In this document: in pieces, positions 48,421 through 54,045 of the stretch | How the letters are laid out: each line of letters starts with the position of its first letter | How positions within the stretch are numbered: position 1 is the first letter of the stretch | Position numbers and translations under genes: made by a program | NCBI GenBank assembly: GCA_030690515.1 | Contig: JAUYGP010000569.1 | Coordinates: 1-54,045 of the forward strand | Origin: Giesbergeria sp. | GTDB lineage: Bacteria > Pseudomonadota > Gammaproteobacteria > Burkholderiales > Burkholderiaceae_C | Direction of reading: 5' to 3' | Length of the DNA: 54,045 nt | Notes under the pieces: model-generated | What the model saw: only the letters and a program-made list of their open reading frames with translations | What the model was told of the DNA's origin: nothing | Database searches by the model: none

Positions 48421-49101
48421 ATGGCAGTGCCTTCCGCGCCCCCCAAAACCCGCACCCGCGCGGCGACCCACAACCGCCCCGACCGGCGCGCGGCCATTTT
48501 GCTGGCGGCCGAGAAGCTGTTTGCCGAACACGGCTACCACGCGGTCTCCATCCGCCAGATTGCCCTGGAGGCACAGGTTCCACTGGCCCTGGTGGCCTAC
48601 TACTATGGGCAGAAGCATGAGCTGTTTCACGCCATCTTTGCCCACTGGCGCGGCACCATCGACGCCCGCATGGACCAGTTGCGCCAGGCCCAGGCCAGCC
48701 CCCAGGACAGTGGTCACCTGCAACGCATCGTCGAGGCCTTTGTGAATCCCGTGCTGGCCATGCGTGCCAGCAGCGAGGGCGAGTACTACGCGCAACTGGT
48801 GGCACGCGAGCTGACCTACCGCACCCCCGATACTGAGCGCGTGCTGGTCGACTACTTCGACCCCCTGGCGCATGCCTTCATTGATGCGCTGCACGCCGCA
48901 CGGCCAGGAGCCCCACGTGCGCAGGCCGCCTGGGCCTACCAGTTCACCATCGGGGCGCTTTTGCACCACCTGATCGACCACCGGGTAGAGCGCCTCTCGC
49001 ACGGCACCAATACCTCCCACGATCCGCAGGCCGCCTCGCTGCTCGTCCATTTCATGACCGCAGGCATCGCCGCACTGCTGCCCGTCTATCCGCCCACCTG
49101 A
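48421..49101 (+). CDS. TetR family transcriptional regulator
   Basis: AAEKLFAEHGY..VSIRQIA.EAQV..ALV.YYYG.K.ELF. Confidence 0.92.
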   Translation: MAVPSAPPKTRTRAATHNRPDRRAAILLAAEKLFAEHGYHAVSIRQIALEAQVPLALVAYYYGQKHELFHAIFAHWRGTIDARMDQLRQAQASPQDSGHLQRIVEAFVNPVLAMRASSEGEYYAQLVARELTYRTPDTERVLVDYFDPLAHAFIDALHAARPGAPRAQAAWAYQFTIGALLHHLIDHRVERLSHGTNTSHDPQAASLLVHFMTAGIAALLPVYPPT

Positions 49102-49112
49102 AGGAGACCTCC

Positions 49113-50186
49113 ATGCACCGCCGTTCATTCCAGATCGCCGCCGTCGCCGCAGCCCTGTGCTGCGCCGCGACCAACGCCAGCCATGCGCAGCAAACCCTGC
49201 GGCTCACGGCGGCGGGCGGACACCCCCCCGTGTTTTTGTGGGTCAAGCTGATCGACGAATTTTTCATTCCTGAGGTGGACAAGCGCCTGGCCGATGCGGG
49301 TAGCAAGACCAAAATCGACTGGACGCGCGCCTGGGGCGGAACCCTCATCAAGATCGGCAGCGAATCCAAGGGCATTGCCGACGGTGTGGCCGATATCGGC
49401 TTTGTCGGCACCATCTTCGAGGCGCCGCGCTTCCCGCTGCAAAACGTGAGCTACTTTGCGCCCTTCGGTTCGGATGACATCGGCACCGTCACCAAGGTGG
49501 TGAACCAATTGCAGCACGACGTACCGGCCATGGGCCAGGCCTGGACCAAGAACGGCCTGGTGTACCTGGGCGGCGCAGCGCTCGATTCGTACCATCTCTG
49601 GACCAACTTCCCCGTCACCTCGATCGATGATCTCAAGGGCAAGAAAATCACCGCGCCCGGCCCCTCGGCCAACTGGGTGCAGGGCACCGGCGCCGTAGCC
49701 GTGGCGGGCAACCTCAACACCTATTACGAGGACATCAAGTCCGGCGTCTCCAACGGGGTTGTCACCTTTGCCACTGGCGCCTGGGGCGCCAAGGTGCACG
49801 AGGTGGCGCCCTACATCACCAAGGTCAACTTCGGCTCTCAGTTCGCTGGCGGCATTGCCATGAACAAGGGGCGCTTCGACAAACTGCCGCCCGATGTACA
49901 GAAGATTTTCCGTGAGGTGGGCGACGAGTACACCGCACGTTTTTCCGCCGCCCAGAGCGCTGCGGCCGCAGGTCTGCTCAAAAAGATGGAGGACGCAGGC
50001 GCCAAGGTGAGCACGTTGCCCGCCCCCGAGCGCAAGCGCTGGGCCGAAGCCCTGCCGCCCATAGCCAAAACCTGGGCCGCCGATCTGCAGGGCAAAGGCC
50101 TGCCCGCCGAGCAGGTGCTCAAGGGCTACGTCGATGGCCTGAAGAAGGCGGGCACCGACCTGCCACGCGACTGGTCGGCCAAGTAA
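49113..50186 (+). CDS. TRAP transporter substrate-binding protein
   Basis: Signal peptide; WGGTL, DGVADIG, DDLKGKKI, FDKLPPDVQ. Confidence 0.9.
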   Translation: MHRRSFQIAAVAAALCCAATNASHAQQTLRLTAAGGHPPVFLWVKLIDEFFIPEVDKRLADAGSKTKIDWTRAWGGTLIKIGSESKGIADGVADIGFVGTIFEAPRFPLQNVSYFAPFGSDDIGTVTKVVNQLQHDVPAMGQAWTKNGLVYLGGAALDSYHLWTNFPVTSIDDLKGKKITAPGPSANWVQGTGAVAVAGNLNTYYEDIKSGVSNGVVTFATGAWGAKVHEVAPYITKVNFGSQFAGGIAMNKGRFDKLPPDVQKIFREVGDEYTARFSAAQSAAAAGLLKKMEDAGAKVSTLPAPERKRWAEALPPIAKTWAADLQGKGLPAEQVLKGYVDGLKKAGTDLPRDWSAK

Positions 50187-50200
50187 GGACACTCATTTCC

Positions 50201-50770
50201 ATGACCCCACCCACCACCTCGGTGGCTCCCTCGGCGGTGGCGAGCGAGTCTTACAGACAGCCGCTGCCCTGGCACTTTCACCGCGTGGTGCAGGCCCTCA
50301 ATGCACTGGGCACGCTATGGATCGTGGCGCTGATGCTGCTCATCAACACCGATGTGCTGGGCCGCAACCTGCTGGGTGCGCCCGTACGCGGGGTGACCGA
50401 GCTGGTGTCGCTGTCCATCGTCGGTATCGTGTTTTTGCAACTGGCCGACACCCTGCACAGCGGCCGCATCACGCGCGCCGACGTCTTGCTGCAAGGGCTG
50501 CAGCGCACGCGCCCGGTGCTGGCTGCCGTGCTGCACGCCGCGTTCCATCTGGTGGGTGCGGTGCTGATGGCGACGATTCTGTGGGCGGCCTGGCCTTCGT
50601 TGTGGGAATCGATCCAGATGCGCGAATACGTGGGCGCCATCGGTGACTTCACCGCCCCGGTCTGGCCGGTGCGGGTGCTGATGCTGGTGGGACTCGCCGC
50701 CACGCTCGTCACTTTTGTCTTGCTGGCGCTCGCCGACCTGCGCCGTGCCATGGCCAGGCGCACGGCATGA
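50201..50770 (+). CDS. TRAP transporter small permease
   Basis: DVLGRNLLGAP..G..EL; 4 TM segments. Confidence 0.9.
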   Translation: MTPPTTSVAPSAVASESYRQPLPWHFHRVVQALNALGTLWIVALMLLINTDVLGRNLLGAPVRGVTELVSLSIVGIVFLQLADTLHSGRITRADVLLQGLQRTRPVLAAVLHAAFHLVGAVLMATILWAAWPSLWESIQMREYVGAIGDFTAPVWPVRVLMLVGLAATLVTFVLLALADLRRAMARRTA

Positions 50771-52086
50771 GCCCAACGCTGATTGCCTGCGCCTCGCTGG
50801 TGCTGATGCTGGCGCTGATCTGGGCCGGCATGCACGTGGCGGTGGTGCTGGCCGTCGTCTCGTTCATCGGCGTGTGGCTCATCAAGGACGATGCCGGCAT
50901 TGCCGCCCACCTGCTGGCGCAAGCCAGCCAGGACGCCATTGCCAGCCACATTTTTGGCGTGGTACCGCTGTTCGTGCTCACCGGCTTCCTCGTCGCCCAT
51001 GCCGACATCGGCAAGGACGCCTTCGAGGTGGCCAACCAGTTGCTGCGGCGCCTGCGCGGTGGCCTGGGCGTTGCCACGGTGGCGTCGAATGCGGTGTTCG
51101 CGGCCATCACGGGCGTATCGATTGCCTCTGCCGCGGTGTTCACGCGCGTGGCCGTGCCCGAGATGCTGCGCTTTGGCTACCACCCGAAGTTTGCCGTGGG
51201 CGTCGTGGCAGGGTCGTCGGTGCTGGGCATGCTGATCCCGCCCAGCCTGCTGATGATCTTGTACGGTTTCCTGTCCAACCAGTCGGTGGGCGACCTGTTC
51301 ACCGCGGGCATTGTGCCGGGCCTGCTGCTGGCGCTGGCCTACACCCTGGGCATCGTCGTGATGTCTTTCGTGTGGCCGCGCTCGGTGTACGCCAGCGGCG
51401 CACCCCAACCCATCGAAGGCATGGTGCTGATGCCCATGGGCGCGCTGCTGCGCAAGCTCGTGCCCAGTGTGCTGATGATCGTGCTGGTGCTCGGCGGCCT
51501 GTATGCGGGTTACTTCACCGCCACCGAGGCGGGGGCGGTGGGCGCGCTGCTCGCGCTGGTAATTGCGCTGCTGCGCGGCAAGCTCAATGCCCGCACGCTG
51601 TGGAGCGTGCTGACCGAGACCGGCCATGTCACGGTGTCGGTGAGCTTTCTCATCATCTGCGCCACCATCTACACGCGCATGCTGGCCATGTCGGGCATGC
51701 CGCAGTTTCTGGTCGAAACCATGGCGCAGGCGGGGCTGGGTGCCACGGCCTTTCTGATGCTCTATGTGCTGATCGTGATCGCGCTGGGCATGGTGGTCGA
51801 CTCCTCGTCCATCCTGCTGATCGTGCTGCCGCTGATGCTGCCATTGGCCGAGCAGTTCGGCATGAACCTGATCTGGTTCGGCGTGGTGACTGTGGTGGCG
51901 GTCGAGATCGGCCTGCTGACGCCACCGTTTGGCCTGTCGGTCTACGTCATCAAAAGCACGCTGCAGGACGAGAGCATCTCGCTCGGCGACATTTTCCGAG
52001 GCACAGCGCCCTTCACGTTCATGATGCTGGGCGTGCTGCTGCTGCTCATCTTCTTCCCCGCCATCAGCCTCGTGCTGTTGCGCTGA
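50767..52086 (+). CDS. TRAP transporter large permease
   Basis: LGMLIPPS, FTATEAG, EIGLLTPPFG. Confidence 0.93.
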   Translation: MSPTLIACASLVLMLALIWAGMHVAVVLAVVSFIGVWLIKDDAGIAAHLLAQASQDAIASHIFGVVPLFVLTGFLVAHADIGKDAFEVANQLLRRLRGGLGVATVASNAVFAAITGVSIASAAVFTRVAVPEMLRFGYHPKFAVGVVAGSSVLGMLIPPSLLMILYGFLSNQSVGDLFTAGIVPGLLLALAYTLGIVVMSFVWPRSVYASGAPQPIEGMVLMPMGALLRKLVPSVLMIVLVLGGLYAGYFTATEAGAVGALLALVIALLRGKLNARTLWSVLTETGHVTVSVSFLIICATIYTRMLAMSGMPQFLVETMAQAGLGATAFLMLYVLIVIALGMVVDSSSILLIVLPLMLPLAEQFGMNLIWFGVVTVVAVEIGLLTPPFGLSVYVIKSTLQDESISLGDIFRGTAPFTFMMLGVLLLLIFFPAISLVLLR

Positions 52087-52114
52087 CCGATCCCCTGCCC
52101 AAGGAGTCTGCACC

Positions 52115-52924
52115 ATGCCCCGCACTTTTGTCGACCTGTCTATCTACCTCGAGAACGACGTCATCTCCGACCCACCGGCCTTTGCGCCCAAGATCCAGTA
52201 TTTCAGCCACGAAAACACCTTCGCGCAGATCGCGCCCTTCTTCCCCGGACTGAAAAAGGAAGACCTGCCCGACGGCGAGGGCTGGGCAGTGGAGCTGGTG
52301 CAGCTTTCCACGCACAACGGCACGCACCTCGATGCGCCCTACCACTTCCACTCCACCCAGGACAAGGCCCTGGGTACCCAAAAACCCTCCATCACCATTG
52401 ACCAGGTGCCGCTGGAATGGTGCTTCCAGCCCGGGGTGAAGCTGGACTTTCGCCACTTTGCCGACGGCTACGTGGTCACGGCGCAGGACGTCGAGGCCGA
52501 ACTGGCCCGCATGGGCCATGTGCTGAGCCCTCTGGAGATCGTGGTGGTCAACACGCGCGCAGGCTCGCGTTACGGACACGACGATTTTGTGAGCGCCGGG
52601 TGCGGCATGGGCTACGAGGCAACGATGTACCTGCTCGAACGCGGCGTGCGCCTAACAGGCACCGACGCCTGGAGCTGGGACGCCCCCTTTGTGCACACCG
52701 CGCAAAAGTACGGCCAGACCCACGACGCCAGCCTGATCTGGGAAGGCCACAAGGCCGGCCGCGACATTGGCTACTGCCACCTGGAAAAACTGCACAACCT
52801 CGAAGCCCTGCCCAGCAGTGGCTTCATGATCAGCTGCTTCCCGCACAAGATTCGCGGCGCCTCGGCGGGCTGGACGCGCGCTGTCGCCATCTTTGACGAT
52901 GCCCTGCTCCCTGCCAAGGCCTGA
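52115..52924 (+). CDS. cyclase-family metal-dependent hydrolase (kynurenine formamidase fold)
   Basis: HNGTHLDAPYH (HxGTHxDxPxH), GTDAWSWD, HLEKL. Confidence 0.9.
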   Translation: MPRTFVDLSIYLENDVISDPPAFAPKIQYFSHENTFAQIAPFFPGLKKEDLPDGEGWAVELVQLSTHNGTHLDAPYHFHSTQDKALGTQKPSITIDQVPLEWCFQPGVKLDFRHFADGYVVTAQDVEAELARMGHVLSPLEIVVVNTRAGSRYGHDDFVSAGCGMGYEATMYLLERGVRLTGTDAWSWDAPFVHTAQKYGQTHDASLIWEGHKAGRDIGYCHLEKLHNLEALPSSGFMISCFPHKIRGASAGWTRAVAIFDDALLPAKA

Positions 52925-52926
52925 CC

Positions 52927-54045
52927 ATGACACACCTCAACCACACCCACGACCCGGCTGCGCGCAGCTGGGTGGACTCGGCCAACCAGCCCGGCTGCGA
53001 CTTTCCCCTCCAGAACCTGCCGTTCGCGGTGTTTCGCCACCACAGCGGCGACGAGCCCTGGCGGGGCGGCGTGGCGATTGGCGATCAGGTGATTGACCTG
53101 GCGCGCGTGGCAGTAGCGGGCTGCCTGGACGGCCTGGCCCACGAAGCCGCCCTGGCCGGTGCCCACCCGCAGCTCAACGAACTCATGGCCCTGTGCCCCG
53201 AGGCCTGGCAGGCGCTGCGCCATGGGCTGTTTGCGCTGTTGCAGGACGGCGCCGAGGGCGAGGCCGTGCAGGCGCTGCGCGGCTGCCTTACGCCGCAGGT
53301 GGCCGTGGAATACACCTTGCCGGTGCGCGTGGCCAACTACACCGACTTCTATACCTCCATCCACCACGCGCGCAATGTGGGCCAGTTCATCCGGCCCGAC
53401 GAGCCGCTCACACCCAACTTCCAGTGGCTGCCCATTGCCTACCACGGCAGGGCATCGAGCGTAGTGGTCAGCGGCACGGCCTTCCACCGGCCCTGGGGCC
53501 AGGCCCTACCCCCCGGCGCCAGTGCGCCAGTGCATGGCCCCTGCGCGCGGCTGGACTACGAGCTGGAGATGGCCATCTACGTCGGCCCGGGCAACGCGCT
53601 GGGCGAGCCCGTGCCGCTGGCGCAGGCCGAGGGGCATATCTTTGGCATGGGGCTGCTCAACGACTGGTCGGCGCGCGACCACCAGTTCTGGGAGATGGCA
53701 CCGCTGGGCCCGTTTCTGGGCAAGAACTTCTGCACCAGTGTCTCGCCCTGGGTTGTGACCATGGAGGCGCTGGCGCCCTTTCGCGTACCCGCGGTCGAAC
53801 GCCCCGCCACCGATCCGCAGCCCCTGCCCTATCTGGACGGCCCCGACAACCGCGCCCGCGGCGGGGTGGACGTGCAGCTCACGGTAGGACTGGAGACGGC
53901 GCAGCACCGCCGCCAGGCGCAGCCCCCGACCGAACTCTCGCGCACCAGCTTTCGCCACCAGTACTGGACCGTGGCGCAAATGCTGGCGCAGCACACCGTG
54001 GGCGGCTGCAACCTGCAAAGCGGCGACCTTCTGGGCACCGGCACC
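52927..54045 (+). CDS. fahA: fumarylacetoacetase (3' truncated; absent from ORF track)
   Basis: DFPLQNLPF, YTDFYTSIHHA, PIAYHGRASS, LDYELE, LNDWSARD, PLGPFLGKNF; frame open to the window end. Confidence 0.93.
   Translation, partial: MTHLNHTHDPAARSWVDSANQPGCDFPLQNLPFAVFRHHSGDEPWRGGVAIGDQVIDLARVAVAGCLDGLAHEAALAGAHPQLNELMALCPEAWQALRHGLFALLQDGAEGEAVQALRGCLTPQVAVEYTLPVRVANYTDFYTSIHHARNVGQFIRPDEPLTPNFQWLPIAYHGRASSVVVSGTAFHRPWGQALPPGASAPVHGPCARLDYELEMAIYVGPGNALGEPVPLAQAEGHIFGMGLLNDWSARDHQFWEMAPLGPFLGKNFCTSVSPWVVTMEALAPFRVPAVERPATDPQPLPYLDGPDNRARGGVDVQLTVGLETAQHRRQAQPPTELSRTSFRHQYWTVAQMLAQHTVGGCNLQSGDLLGTGT

Noticed and set aside
50278-52125. 615-aa minus-strand ORF
   Set aside because: Antisense shadow of the TRAP permease genes.

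Overview
GC-rich betaproteobacterial chromosome segment. Gene content and repeat style suggest Comamonadaceae (Acidovorax-like); this is an inference. About 57 CDSs were identified, and no rRNA, tRNA, CRISPR array, integrase or transposase was seen. In order the window holds: a truncated ABC/AAA-ATPase + PIN-like nuclease + ATP-dependent RNA ligase operon (candidate new defence/RNA-repair system); a metal/redox islet (OsmC, CDF, CMD, DGC, SigZ-type ECF, ArsP-like permease, thioredoxin-like); ilvA, queC and pckG; a Fur-boxed ftrA-porin-ftrBCD iron operon; two fasciclin genes; argP with a collapsed dadA pseudogene; a C4-dicarboxylate TRAP system with an extra DctP and a two-component system; minCDE; a PAS-GGDEF-EAL protein; pssA; and a catabolic cluster (acetoacetate-CoA ligase, TetR, TRAP, cyclase, fumarylacetoacetase). 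The main non-obvious signals are: (1) the ATPase-PIN-ligase operon; (2) a ~60 bp double-palindrome repeat, present 3-4 times, that is translated in frame inside one intact gene and one pseudogene and supplies both stop codons of a convergent gene pair; (3) a decayed duplicate of the pssA 3' end flanking a lipoprotein gene; (4) two identically spaced ECF-type promoters suggesting a SigZ regulon. All family calls come from motif recognition by eye, with no database searches.
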